DNA from: a bacterium
GTDB lineage: Bacteria > Hinthialibacterota > Hinthialibacteria > Hinthialibacterales > Hinthialibacteraceae
Assembly: GCA_963662285.2 (NCBI GenBank)
Contig: CAXXMV010000002.1
Coordinates: forward strand, 320,001-384,000
Direction of reading: 5' to 3'
DNA: 64,000 bases
The stretch's first letter is position 1, and each line of letters opens with the position of its first letter. The notes beneath the pieces were generated by a model. The model searched no databases. It was not told the DNA's origin and was given only the letters and a program-made list of their open reading frames with translations. The position numbers and the translations under genes are program-made. Positions 10,399-20,749 of this stretch are shown one piece after another.

Positions 10399-11736
10399 GT
10401 GGATGCAATGCTTGAACGCCTGTTCAGGTTATCGGATAATCAAACTTCCATTCGTCAAGAGATAGTTGGAGGGTGTACGACTTTTCTAACAATGTCGTAC
10501 ATCATCTTCATGCAGCCCATCATGTTATCCAACACCGGAATGGATTTCAACGCAGTAATGGCGGCGACATGCATCTCATCGGCTTTAGCATGTCTGTGCA
10601 TGGCCTTCATGGCTAACTATCCCATCGCGTTGGCGCCCGCTGTTGGTTTGAATGCATATTTTACTTATACCGTCTGCATCGGGATGAAGATTCCATGGGA
10701 AACCGCATTAGGTGCGGTTTTTATCTCCGGCGTCATTTTCCTGATAATGAACGCTTTCGGACTACGCAAGCTAGTAATGGATGCCATCCCTGTTTCTTTA
10801 AAATTCGCTATAGCTGTAGGTATCGGCGTTTTGATCGCTCTGCTGGGATTTGAATGGTCGGGAATCGTGGTTAATGACGATATCACCCTATTAAAAGTCG
10901 GCGAATTGAACAAACCTTATGTGTGGGTTTCGGGGATTGGATTACTGGTGGCTATGATACTAACCAGTTTGAATATTCGCGGCGCCATTCTTTTCGGCAT
11001 CATTACCTCTTCTATCACTGCGATGGGCTTAGATTTGATTTCTGTTCCCGGCGCCATTTACAAGATGCCTTCCTGGGATATGGTTGCTCCCACCTTTATG
11101 CACATGAATCCATGGGCAGCGTTTAAACTTGGTTTTGGAACGATCATTTTCACCTTTTTTATTATTGATCTATTCGATACGGTCGGGACGCTGGTTGGCG
11201 TCGCGCAGGTTGGCGGCTTTATGCAGAACAATGAGTTGCCTCGCGCTAAACAAGCTTTCTTCTCTGATGCCATAGGAACAGTTATTGGAGCAATATTAGG
11301 AACATCAACCGTAACCAGTTTTGTCGAATCAACCTCAGGCATTAGTGATGGCGCTCGGACTGGTCTGGCCAACGTGGCAACGGCGTGTCTCTTCCTGCTG
11401 GCGCTGACTTTTTCACCCTTGGTAGAGATGCTGGGTCAGGGCATACAAACCGAATCAGGAGCATTCGTCTATCCCATTATTTCTCCGGCATTGATCATGG
11501 TTGGTTTCATGATGATGCGGGGCGTCAAGAATATTCCCTGGGATGATTATACCGAGAGCCTTCCCGCATTTATCACGATAATGTTGATTGGATTCAGTTT
11601 TTCAATCACAGATGGCATCGCTTTTGGTATTATTTGCTTTACTATCTTGAAATTGTTAACCGGCAAAGTGCGGGATATTCACCCCGTAATGCTGCTTCTT
11701 TCCATAGTGTTTACGTATAAACTTACGATTCATTAG
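10399..11736 (+). CDS. NCS2/AzgA-type purine (guanine/hypoxanthine/adenine) permease
   Basis: TTFLTMSYI, ANYPIALAP.GLNAYF, FDTVGTL, GTSTVTSFVES.SG..GARTGL. Confidence 0.93.
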   Translation: MDAMLERLFRLSDNQTSIRQEIVGGCTTFLTMSYIIFMQPIMLSNTGMDFNAVMAATCISSALACLCMAFMANYPIALAPAVGLNAYFTYTVCIGMKIPWETALGAVFISGVIFLIMNAFGLRKLVMDAIPVSLKFAIAVGIGVLIALLGFEWSGIVVNDDITLLKVGELNKPYVWVSGIGLLVAMILTSLNIRGAILFGIITSSITAMGLDLISVPGAIYKMPSWDMVAPTFMHMNPWAAFKLGFGTIIFTFFIIDLFDTVGTLVGVAQVGGFMQNNELPRAKQAFFSDAIGTVIGAILGTSTVTSFVESTSGISDGARTGLANVATACLFLLALTFSPLVEMLGQGIQTESGAFVYPIISPALIMVGFMMMRGVKNIPWDDYTESLPAFITIMLIGFSFSITDGIAFGIICFTILKLLTGKVRDIHPVMLLLSIVFTYKLTIH

Positions 11737-11848
11737 AGCGATAGTTAAAAATATGTTCGTTTGTTATTACATTTGGTCTTCGAAAAAGCCAATGAGAACA
11801 ATATTATGACAATTACACTAAATCATTTAATATTTCATACTTGAGGAG

Positions 11849-12574
11849 ATGATGAATAATTCAAAAAAATATATTTTCCTCGGCTGGCTGCCACTGCTAT
11901 TATGCCTTAGTTGCCTCATTTTTTTCCCCCTTAACTGGAACTTCTATTATAACCTTCTGACTAGAGAAGACGGTATTATTGAATGGTTGACCGTAGTCTT
12001 AACCATAACGGCCTGCATATTAGTTATGAAATTGGTTTGGAATGAATATTTATCTAATAGAATTTCAATACATTTAATATTCTTGCTGCTATTCGCCGCC
12101 GGGTGCATTTTTTTTGCAGGTGAAGAAATTAGTTGGGGGCAGAGAATCATAGGTATAGAGACAAAAGCAATCTCTCCATGGCTGGCAAATGTTAACCGGC
12201 AAAATGAATTAAACCTGCATAATATACGAGCCTTTTCCAAAATTCGTTTAATTGCGGATATGTTCTGTCTAATTTGGGGAATAATTCTTCCTCTTTTCTA
12301 CTTGAAGAGCACTTTCCCCATCAAGATTATCAAACCTTATATCAGCCCCAGTTGGTTAATTCCAGGATTTGCAACATGTCTATTAATAACCACACCCTTG
12401 AAGATATGCGAACTGATATTCGGTGAGATTCAATGGTTTGAAGAATTGCGCTTAGGAGAACTTAAAGAAACCGCCTTGGGATTAGTTATTTTACTATATT
12501 CGTTACACTTATCGAATGTTTTCAAAAAAAACGCTCTTGATTCATCAATACCTTCGGCAAAAGACCAAACCTGA
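11849..12574 (+). CDS. Multi-pass membrane protein of unknown function
   Basis: EDGIIEW...AGEEISWGQRI...NRQNELNLHN conserved membrane-protein pattern. Confidence 0.75.
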   Translation: MMNNSKKYIFLGWLPLLLCLSCLIFFPLNWNFYYNLLTREDGIIEWLTVVLTITACILVMKLVWNEYLSNRISIHLIFLLLFAAGCIFFAGEEISWGQRIIGIETKAISPWLANVNRQNELNLHNIRAFSKIRLIADMFCLIWGIILPLFYLKSTFPIKIIKPYISPSWLIPGFATCLLITTPLKICELIFGEIQWFEELRLGELKETALGLVILLYSLHLSNVFKKNALDSSIPSAKDQT

Positions 12575-12582
12575 TCATTTTG

Positions 12583-13959
12583 TTATGGGCCATTTTTTTT
12601 AGTGCGTACCCAATAAATGAAAGACCTTACTAACCGGATTTCTTCTAGCCTGATTCTTGAATGTTCTTTTGCCGGATGCTGCCACCAGAAAGTCCAATCA
12701 TTCTGAAGCCATGGCGCATCGGGGTGAATTTTGTTCCAACGTTGGTATCTTTCTTCTTGCTCAAAACTCAACTTTGCCTTTTGCTTTTGAGCGTAACTAA
12801 TATAGTCGGCTTCTTCAAACACAGCCCATTCGAGATTTACATCAAGCAGCTTTGCTCCAGCCAGATATGAACGCAAGAAATAAGCGCCGTCTAAGTATGC
12901 TCCCTGAAAATCAGCCCCTTCCAAACGCGCTTCAGTAAGATCCGCTTCTTCCATATGAGCGCCTTGAAAAATAGTCTCCTGCATGTGCGCACCACTCAGA
13001 AGCGTTCTCTTTAGAGAAGCTTTGCTGAAATTTGCGCGATTCATTTGGGCGTCATTAAGGCATGCCATATCGAGATTTGCGCCAGCTAGATCCGCATCTT
13101 CAAGATTAACCGAATCCATATCTGCGCCCTCCAAATTGGCTTGAATAAGGTTAGCCCGTTTGAGGTTCGCTCCTGATAATATTATTTCCTGAAGATGCGC
13201 GAAGGATAAATCGGCGTTTTGCAGGTTAGCGTCCCATAGCTTGGCTTTCTGCAATCCAATTTTGTGGAAATTGCCGCCAATCATATAAGCGCCTTTTAAT
13301 TGGATAGGCCCTAAGATTATGGTTAAGGTTTTATCCTCTATCCGGGCGCCTTGAATTTGGCGGAAATGAGGAAATCCGCAGAAACGAGGTAATGATGGAT
13401 GAAAAGGTATCCAATGATATATCCAACTTCTGTGGTCTACCATTTGATCTAAAGAATCCTGGATAGCCTGCATTATTTTATGTTGGGGCGTATCATCGGG
13501 GACGTCTGAGTCGAATAGTTTTCTGTTTTTTCTGTATTCCTGCGACCAGCGTAACACAAGCCTGAACGCTTCATATGGATTTCCGGAAAGTCCTTTAGCT
13601 GCATTTATAACATCATACGATTCCTTAGAGAGAAGTAGTTCCCGGCATTCTTCAACAGTTTTTTTTCTGTAGTATATTTTTCTCCAAATCAGCGCTATCA
13701 GGCTGATAGATATTATACAACTCCAGAAAACCAACCGGTTATTCATTTCCCATTGTTTTAAGCGCTGCGCCTGTTCTGCAGTAGTTGCAGTTATAGATAA
13801 TACCTGACCATCTACGGTGATACTTACAGGAAAGACAATTGGGGTTGGGGTTGGAGCGGTTGTGGATGAGATTATGGGCGAAAATGATTGCCCCCCGGCT
13901 TGCAGCGAGATTAATAGAATTAATAGCAAAGTGGGAAAAACGCTCAAGCGTCGAATCAT
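12583..13959 (-). CDS. Membrane-anchored pentapeptide repeat protein
   Basis: Long A(D/N)LxX repeat tract (ANLQNADLSFAHLQE...); N-terminal signal plus TM; likely ATG 13959. Confidence 0.88.
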   Translation of the reverse strand: MIRRLSVFPTLLLILLISLQAGGQSFSPIISSTTAPTPTPIVFPVSITVDGQVLSITATTAEQAQRLKQWEMNNRLVFWSCIISISLIALIWRKIYYRKKTVEECRELLLSKESYDVINAAKGLSGNPYEAFRLVLRWSQEYRKNRKLFDSDVPDDTPQHKIMQAIQDSLDQMVDHRSWIYHWIPFHPSLPRFCGFPHFRQIQGARIEDKTLTIILGPIQLKGAYMIGGNFHKIGLQKAKLWDANLQNADLSFAHLQEIILSGANLKRANLIQANLEGADMDSVNLEDADLAGANLDMACLNDAQMNRANFSKASLKRTLLSGAHMQETIFQGAHMEEADLTEARLEGADFQGAYLDGAYFLRSYLAGAKLLDVNLEWAVFEEADYISYAQKQKAKLSFEQEERYQRWNKIHPDAPWLQNDWTFWWQHPAKEHSRIRLEEIRLVRSFIYWVRTKKNGP

Positions 13960-14214
13960 TATGTTTTTATAATAGGGCGCGTAAGAGGTAAAATCAATCA
14001 ACTGAGCTTGCTTTTCTAGTTAAGATTCATACCTATTCGTTTGCCGAAAAACTTTTCGTTAAATTCTGCTTGTTCTTTATTTCATCCAAACGCTAAAGCG
14101 CTTAGGACAAGAGTAAGGATATAAATACAGAGATGAGCGTCAATAGCAACACCTTATTGCAGTCAGATATTTATGCAATCACCTATGATTATGTATTCAG
14201 TTTGATAGCATATG

Positions 14215-15120
14215 TTAATTTGCAGGTTGAATCTGTGGTAATTTCAATAAATAACCGTCAACAATCGATTTTACTTTAGCCGACTGCGCCATATCTGGAG
14301 TTATGTTAATGATGCGCGTATGACGATCGGTAATGTGATCATCATTCCATGTAAGTTTAATCTCTCCAACACATTGCCCCCGTTGTCCCGAATGGTGAAT
14401 AATGGTTTTGCTATCTTCCAGGAACATCATTTCATTATAAATTCGATGGTCATGACCACCGAGAATTAGATCAATCCGGGGAAAAGCCTTAGCTAACAGT
14501 ATGTCTTTAGGCTCACCGATATGCGTCATTAAAACGATGATATCTGATTCTTGATCAAGTATATTGATGTATACATCAAGTAATTGCTCAATGGGATTCA
14601 CCTTCATCAGTGTATCTGTCTGATGATTGGTATAGGGGCAGGCCGATCCGATTATGGCTACTTTAACGCCAACTAAGTCAATGATTTTATATGGTTTTAT
14701 ATTGGCTGGTTTTTTGATATTTGAAGTAAATTCAATATTGTAGGCTAGTATGGGTAGAGAGTGTTCTTTCACCAGATCGAACAGTCTTTGCGTCCCGAAA
14801 GAATATTCATGATTCCCGAAAACCAAAGCGTCATAGTTGCATTGGCCAAGTAAATTAGCCATAGCCCCGCCCCGGCTTTCCAAGAGAGCTAAATCTCCTT
14901 TGTTGAACCAGTCGCCAGTATCCAGAAAAATCGTATTCGGATCGAGTTTCTTCTTATATTGTACAAATCGGGCGATTCGGGCTATGTTTACAGAAGTATC
15001 ATGAAAATCGGATGTATGATAAATAGTTATGTTGACCGGCTCTGCTTCTACCGACCAGCATAAAATAGTTACATAGCAAAATATCAAGCAAAAGAACATT
15101 AAGTATTTGTTGTTTCTCAT
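14215..15120 (-). CDS. Secreted metallophosphoesterase (5'-nucleotidase N-terminal domain only)
   Basis: HTSDFH, DTGD, GNHE, TH.G, GGHDH; signal peptide; RBS AGGAG before ATG 15120. Confidence 0.88.
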   Translation of the reverse strand: MRNNKYLMFFCLIFCYVTILCWSVEAEPVNITIYHTSDFHDTSVNIARIARFVQYKKKLDPNTIFLDTGDWFNKGDLALLESRGGAMANLLGQCNYDALVFGNHEYSFGTQRLFDLVKEHSLPILAYNIEFTSNIKKPANIKPYKIIDLVGVKVAIIGSACPYTNHQTDTLMKVNPIEQLLDVYINILDQESDIIVLMTHIGEPKDILLAKAFPRIDLILGGHDHRIYNEMMFLEDSKTIIHHSGQRGQCVGEIKLTWNDDHITDRHTRIINITPDMAQSAKVKSIVDGYLLKLPQIQPAN

Positions 15121-15152
15121 GTTATCTCCTAAAGGACATCGTATTACCCGAA

Positions 15153-15866
15153 TCATGAATCAAAATCTATCAGCCCGGAATTATATATCTCATTAGATAA
15201 TCGCCGGGAGTTTACCACACTTCGTAAGCCTAGTTTGATAAATATCTTAAGCATTAATGGATTAAATAATATAGTCTTTATGGCAATGATCGAAGACGGG
15301 AAGCCATTGTTTGTAACGCAACTTAAAACTTCTTCGGGAACCGTTTCATCTGCCGCATCAGATATTACCCTGATCCAGGCGAAACGCTCCCCGCGACTTT
15401 TAGCATGACGCGCCACAACCGCCGACTCCATGTCTACCGCCCATGCTCCGGTTTTTTCATGAAGGCTTTGTTTTTCTTCCGGCGTGGCAACAATTTTATC
15501 AGCGCAATATAGGATATTTCGACGGGCTCCTACTATTAAATTTCGCTCATTTGCATCAGAAAAGACTAAACCGTTGGAAGTAAGCACCTTATGCCCGATA
15601 ATGCAGTCACCCAGCTGCAAGACTGGGCCTAACCCTCCTGCGAAACCTATTGAAACCCAATATGTTACGGAAACATCTGAGATTGAGTCCAGTAGGTTTT
15701 TCATTCTTGATTGGCCAACGCCGGAAACCGCAATGCCAATTTCAGTATTTTCCGAGATTTTTTTATACGATACTCGATTATGCTTATCAGGCATTTTGAT
15801 ATCAAGTTGTCGGCAAAAATGCTTGATTTCCTGTGGTAATGCAGCGCAAAACATTATCCGGCTCAT
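15153..15866 (-). CDS. Nucleoside phosphorylase/nucleosidase (PNP_UDP_1, HpnG/MtnN-like)
   Basis: SGVG, IGFAGGL, AVDMES, RVISD. Confidence 0.85.
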   Translation of the reverse strand: MSRIMFCAALPQEIKHFCRQLDIKMPDKHNRVSYKKISENTEIGIAVSGVGQSRMKNLLDSISDVSVTYWVSIGFAGGLGPVLQLGDCIIGHKVLTSNGLVFSDANERNLIVGARRNILYCADKIVATPEEKQSLHEKTGAWAVDMESAVVARHAKSRGERFAWIRVISDAADETVPEEVLSCVTNNGFPSSIIAIKTILFNPLMLKIFIKLGLRSVVNSRRLSNEIYNSGLIDFDS

Positions 15867-15997
15867 AAAATCCTAACTTTTTTGTGTTTAGATGGTTATA
15901 TGGCTATTCAAACCGCAAAAATTTTGATATTCTCAGAGAGTATTTTGAAATTGAACATGTATAAAATATCATTTTATTTATTTTTTTGGAAGTAGAC

Positions 15998-16034
15998 AAA
16001 AAAAACCCCTCTGGCGGAGGGTAATACCAGAGGG
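15998..16034 (-). terminator. Intrinsic terminator
   Basis: Minus strand CCCTCTGG-loop-CCAGAGGG(G) followed by T8. Confidence 0.75.
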
Positions 16035-16208
16035 AAAACGGTTCGGGAGGAACCGAAGCAGTTGGGAATGTGTGGTGTTTGCGTTTTAAGTTGGTTGGAT
16101 GGAATCTAAATGTAGATTTTCATTCAACCATTGGTCTATTTAACGATCTAAGTATTAATAAGTAACTCTTATAGTCTTTTCTATATTTGTTTGTACTTCT
16201 ATATATAT
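15998..16208 (-). ncRNA. Candidate small RNA with CCUCC loops
   Basis: Three hairpins in a 620-bp ORF-less gap, two with CCTCC in the loop (minus strand), ending in a terminator; sigma54-like element upstream; 5' end inferred. Confidence 0.5.
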
Positions 16209-16218
16209 TATATCTTAT

Positions 16219-16235
16219 AGTAGTTTTCGTGCCAA
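16219..16235 (-). promoter_or_regulatory. Sigma54-like promoter (perfect -24, variant -12)
   Basis: TTGGCACG-AAAA-CTACT versus consensus TGGCACG-N4-TTGCW; adjacent palindrome 16238-16264. Confidence 0.45.
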
Positions 16236-16484
16236 TTAATCCTAAAAAAATATTTTTTAGGATTTTTTCAGTTAAATCACAATTTATAAATTCTCCAATA
16301 TACCTAAATATTTAAAATCTAATAGTTTAAGTATATATTTTCTATTTTGTTATAAATAACTTTTTTTATCTGTCTTTAATATATCTCAGGTTAAACAGAA
16401 ATTATTGGGTGATTTGCAAAAAAATGTAATATCATTTCTCTCTTTTTCGATTACAATTCCTATTTTGAGTTAAAAATTAAAAAT

Positions 16485-17486
16485 CTAAGCAGGTTTTTCC
16501 CCCATGATAATTCTGGAATTTGATGCAACCTCATGCATGGATTTAAATTCCAGCCTGGCATTCTCAAGCCACTGTTTTGCTTCTTTGATTGTATAACTGT
16601 CGCCTTCTTCAGTGCTGACCAACATATTGACTGCAAAAATGGCGCTCCATTCAGGAGAAGTGCGGTCTTCTTCTAAAAAGAAATCCTTGAGGCATATCCG
16701 TCCTCCAGGAACTAAGGCGTCGGCGCATTTCTTGACCAAACTCTGATTTGCGTCATAAGAGAAGATATGGATAAAATTGGATATAAAAATAAAATCATAC
16801 TGCCCGCCAAAATCGTCATCGAAAGCGTTACCCGGCATGGTTGACACGCGGTCGCTTAAACCGGCATCTTTGATGTTTTCCTGCGCAACCTCGAGAGTCT
16901 TGGCGCTATCAAAAACCGTTGCATGGAGTCCAGGATTATGTTGAGCAAACCCAATGGAATATAGCCCCGGTCCGCCGCCTATATCCAGCATTTTGCGGGC
17001 GGCGCCAATATCGATGATTTCAGCAGTCTGTTTAGCGCTAATACGTCCTACGTCGGCCATTGCTTTAGCGAATGCCCGGTCATCACTCGCGATACGTTGA
17101 TCCAGTTCGTTATCAGAAACCGGCTTGCCGGTTTTTACTACGTCATACAGTTTTCCCCAGCGCTCATATAAGCGGGCGCCATGATTCATCATGGCCGCCT
17201 TCGATTTCGGGCTGCCGGGCAGTAGATATTCCAAAGCAACCGCGCTGTTGCGGTATAAATCGCCCTCTTTATCCAATAAACCCAGTGTTGTCAAAGCATC
17301 GCATAGTATACGCATACCGCGTGGGTTGCAATCAAGCGATGCGGACAATGCGTCGCTGGAAAGCGTCTGATCAAGCAATGTAGTGAATATCCCAATCCTG
17401 ACGGCGCTGAAAAGAATCTGTGCGCCTCTATAACCACTTGAAATTGCTTCTATTGGATCAACAGCCATTGAATTGTCGCAAGTCAT
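16485..17486 (-). CDS. SAM-dependent O-methyltransferase (Methyltransf_2 with dimerisation domain)
   Basis: LDIGGGPG, VFD, GNAF, SNFIH, LVPGGRI. Confidence 0.9.
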   Translation of the reverse strand: MTCDNSMAVDPIEAISSGYRGAQILFSAVRIGIFTTLLDQTLSSDALSASLDCNPRGMRILCDALTTLGLLDKEGDLYRNSAVALEYLLPGSPKSKAAMMNHGARLYERWGKLYDVVKTGKPVSDNELDQRIASDDRAFAKAMADVGRISAKQTAEIIDIGAARKMLDIGGGPGLYSIGFAQHNPGLHATVFDSAKTLEVAQENIKDAGLSDRVSTMPGNAFDDDFGGQYDFIFISNFIHIFSYDANQSLVKKCADALVPGGRICLKDFFLEEDRTSPEWSAIFAVNMLVSTEEGDSYTIKEAKQWLENARLEFKSMHEVASNSRIIMGEKPA

Positions 17487-17547
17487 TGTTGTACTCCTGG
17501 TTTATCTGGTCTGGCAATTATATCTATAGGTTCTATTGACTGGTTGG

Positions 17548-18099
17548 TTAAGGTGTCTTTTCTTGTGGAGTCTCTTCGGTTGGACTCTCTTCTTCAGGAG
17601 GTTCGTCTTGCGGCGCTTCATCTTTGGGAGTGTACATTTTTAATTGCTGTCTGATGAACTCCATACGTTGCGCTAATTCTTCTGCATCCATATTTTTTAG
17701 ATTTTGAACCAGGTTTTTCATTTGTTTGGAAATATCAGAGGAATCTTCTGATACCGGTTCGTTTTCATCTGATATGGGCGCATTTCCCTGCTCTGTCGGT
17801 TCAGTATTAAGCGGTTGAATGCCTTGGGGAGAGGATGAACCAGATACTGGAATTTTAAAGGGAATGATATTTTTAGGATCAATACCGGATAACTTACTCT
17901 TAACATCAGCAACCAGTTTCTCCATATCACCGCGTAATTTGGGATATCCGTTTTCGATATTATGCTGCATTTCAAGCAGCGGTTTCATTAAGGCGTCGAT
18001 TGATTCAATGCCTTCTTCTTGTTCCGGCGACCGGGATATGAAGGCAAGACCGACAAGCACGAAAATTGCAATAAGTATAATAAAGCGAATGGCTTTCAT
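17548..18099 (-). CDS. Hypothetical exported or membrane-anchored protein
   Basis: N-terminal hydrophobic helix, helical body, acidic Pro-rich tail; RBS GGAGG. Confidence 0.7.
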   Translation of the reverse strand: MKAIRFIILIAIFVLVGLAFISRSPEQEEGIESIDALMKPLLEMQHNIENGYPKLRGDMEKLVADVKSKLSGIDPKNIIPFKIPVSGSSSPQGIQPLNTEPTEQGNAPISDENEPVSEDSSDISKQMKNLVQNLKNMDAEELAQRMEFIRQQLKMYTPKDEAPQDEPPEEESPTEETPQEKTP

Positions 18100-18174
18100 C
18101 GTTTGATTAAACCTCCAAAAAATATCAGTATATTCTTATAATAACATAAATCCGCTAGATAATAATACAAAAAT

Positions 18175-19224
18175 TCAACATATCCGGGGCAACTGCTCAC
18201 CACTTAAGCGGTCGACGATCCGCGTCGCGCCAATACTGCTGGTCATAAGCACTGGAGCAGTCGATTTCTGCTTAACTTCTCCGATTATGGCTGACCCCAA
18301 TCCCTGCGAGTGGGCTGACATTATCTCCAGCGCCCGTTGGGCGTCTTGGGGAGCGACAATAGCCGCCATGCGGCCTTCGTTGGCCACGTAGAGCGGATCG
18401 AAGCCCAGCAACTCACATGCGCCGCGCACCTCTTCGCGCACCGGGATATTATTCTCTTTGATCGATATGGTAAGCGCAGAAGCTTCGGCAACCTCGTTTA
18501 ATGCGCTGGCCAGGCCGCCACGGGTCAGATCTCGCAGGCAATGAATCTCGATGCCCTCGGCGATCATTTTAAGAACCAGATCTGCGAGAGGCGCAGAGTC
18601 GCTTTTGATAGTGGTTTCAAATTGCAATCCTTCACGCACCGCGATGATGGCCACGCCATGCCGCCCCAGGTCTCCATTGATCAACACGACATCACCTTGC
18701 CGGATGCTTGATGGATTGATGGTTAAACCGTGTTCGATAACTCCAATACCGGCGGTATTGATGAATATGCCATCGCCTTTGCCCCGGTCAACCACTTTGG
18801 TATCTCCGGTAACTATGGGTACGTTTACTTCCAGAGCTGCGCGGCGCATTGATTGCGCCACTTTTTCCAGCGTCTCCATGGGCAGGCCTTCTTCGAGAAT
18901 ATAGCCAGCGCTTAGCGCGATGGGACGAGCTCCGCTCATGGCCAGATCGTTGATGGTGCCATGCACCGCCATTGAGCCGATATCACCGCCGGGGAAAAAG
19001 AGAGGCTGCACCACGTATGAATCAGTAGTAAAGGCGATGGGCGAGCCATTGGCGTCGATTACGGATGAATCATGGCGCTGGTTGAGCGCATGGTTATCAA
19101 ATGCTGACAGAAAGACCGACTCGATGAGCCGGTTCATCAAGGTTCCCCCGCCGCCGTGGGCCATAAGAACCTGAGGATAATCCTGCTTGGGAATTGGGCA
19201 TGAAATTTCTATTTTATCTGACAT
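18175..19224 (-). CDS. hypE: Hydrogenase maturation carbamoyl dehydratase HypE
   Basis: [31 protein letters not shown]-terminal GEQLPRIC. Confidence 0.97.
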   Translation of the reverse strand: MSDKIEISCPIPKQDYPQVLMAHGGGGTLMNRLIESVFLSAFDNHALNQRHDSSVIDANGSPIAFTTDSYVVQPLFFPGGDIGSMAVHGTINDLAMSGARPIALSAGYILEEGLPMETLEKVAQSMRRAALEVNVPIVTGDTKVVDRGKGDGIFINTAGIGVIEHGLTINPSSIRQGDVVLINGDLGRHGVAIIAVREGLQFETTIKSDSAPLADLVLKMIAEGIEIHCLRDLTRGGLASALNEVAEASALTISIKENNIPVREEVRGACELLGFDPLYVANEGRMAAIVAPQDAQRALEIMSAHSQGLGSAIIGEVKQKSTAPVLMTSSIGATRIVDRLSGEQLPRIC

Positions 19225-19263
19225 AGTATTTTGATTATAACCTGGTTTATGATTGTTATTGCG

Positions 19264-20367
19264 TTATGAGGAATCTGATGATAACCGACGGTAGCGGTAA
19301 TAGGCCGAACATGCGCCTTCAGCCGAAACCATTGGCGCTCCCAGAGGCCTTTCCGGGGTGCATTTGACGCCGAAAGCGCTGCATTCATGCGGCGTCTTGA
19401 ATCCTTGTAGAATCTGGCCGCTGATGCATTCGGGAGACTCTTGTGAATCCAGGTCTGCGGCAGAACCGAAACGGTTTTCGGCATCATAATCAGCGTACTC
19501 GTCACGAAGCCCTAATCCGCTGGCGGGAATCTCTCCCAAACCGCGCCAGGTCCGGTCAACCACCCGGAAGACATCTTGCAGGATTTTTATAGCCGCCGGA
19601 TTCCCCTCACGGCGCACTGACCTGACGTATTGATTCTCGACCTCAAAGCGGCCTTCCTCTAATTGCTTGATGCACATATAGATGCCTTGCAGCATATCGA
19701 GCGGTTCGAAACCGGTGATAACGATAGGGGTTTTATGTTGTTCAGCCAAAGGATCGTACTCGGTGGTTCCCATAACTGTACAGACATGCCCTGCGGCCAG
19801 GAAGCCTTGAACCTGGCATTGTGGCGCTGAAAGAATTGCGTCCATAGCGGGCGGAGCCATGACATGAGATACCAGCAGCGAGAAATTCTTCAGCCCTTCA
19901 TGCTTAGCGTGGTGAGCGGCCATGGCATTGGCTGGAGCGGTGGTCTCGAATCCTATGGCGAAAAACACTATTTCCTTTTGTGGATTCTCACGCGCCAGTT
20001 TAACTGCATCTAATGGAGAATAGACCACCCGGACGTCTCCCCCCGAGGCCTTGGTGGAAAACAGGTCGTGCTCTGAGCCGGGAACGCGCAGCATATCGCC
20101 GAACGAACAGAATATAACCTCAGGTCGGGCGGCAATCTCGACCGCTTTATCAATAACCGCAGTCGAGGTTACGCAGACCGGGCAACCCGGTCCATGGATC
20201 AACCTCAGTTTGTCGGGCAGCAGTTGGTCTATACCGTATTTTACGATGGTATGGGTTTGTCCGCCGCATATCTCCATGATCGACCAGGGGCGGGTAATAG
20301 TCTTTCTGATGGCTTGCACATAGCGCTGCGCTGCATCGGGATTTCTATATTCGTCAAGATATTTCAT
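19264..20367 (-). CDS. hypD: Hydrogenase formation protein HypD
   Basis: [33 protein letters not shown]. Confidence 0.97.
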   Translation of the reverse strand: MKYLDEYRNPDAAQRYVQAIRKTITRPWSIMEICGGQTHTIVKYGIDQLLPDKLRLIHGPGCPVCVTSTAVIDKAVEIAARPEVIFCSFGDMLRVPGSEHDLFSTKASGGDVRVVYSPLDAVKLARENPQKEIVFFAIGFETTAPANAMAAHHAKHEGLKNFSLLVSHVMAPPAMDAILSAPQCQVQGFLAAGHVCTVMGTTEYDPLAEQHKTPIVITGFEPLDMLQGIYMCIKQLEEGRFEVENQYVRSVRREGNPAAIKILQDVFRVVDRTWRGLGEIPASGLGLRDEYADYDAENRFGSAADLDSQESPECISGQILQGFKTPHECSAFGVKCTPERPLGAPMVSAEGACSAYYRYRRLSSDSS

Positions 20368-20651
20368 GATTGTTTAGTAGATTGGGGAATAGCTGTCGCT
20401 TCAGCAGATTCGGCCAGATCAGCCATTTCACCCATCTCTTTAAGATATTCGAATATCTGGTTGGCTTCGTCTTCATCAATCACGCTGATTGCGAATCCGG
20501 CATGAACTACAACATATTGACCGATTTCAACTTCGGGGACATAAGCCACTGAAATTTCTTTGATGATGCCGCCAAAATCTATTTTGCCCATTTTATAAAG
20601 GGGATCATCGCCTTCGATGCTGACAACTTTTCCGGGAATTCCTAAACACAT
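20364..20651 (-). CDS. hypC: HypC/HybG/HupF chaperone
   Basis: True start MCLGIPG at 20651; VVHAGFAIS. Confidence 0.95.
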   Translation of the reverse strand: MCLGIPGKVVSIEGDDPLYKMGKIDFGGIIKEISVAYVPEVEIGQYVVVHAGFAISVIDEDEANQIFEYLKEMGEMADLAESAEATAIPQSTKQS

Positions 20652-20749
20652 ATCGGTAACCTTTGTTTTAAAACGCGTATTCACTCAAACTAAGTTTGCA
20701 GGGTAAGAGAGAGTGAAGATTGAGGTAACTACTGGTTATATTGTAGGCG

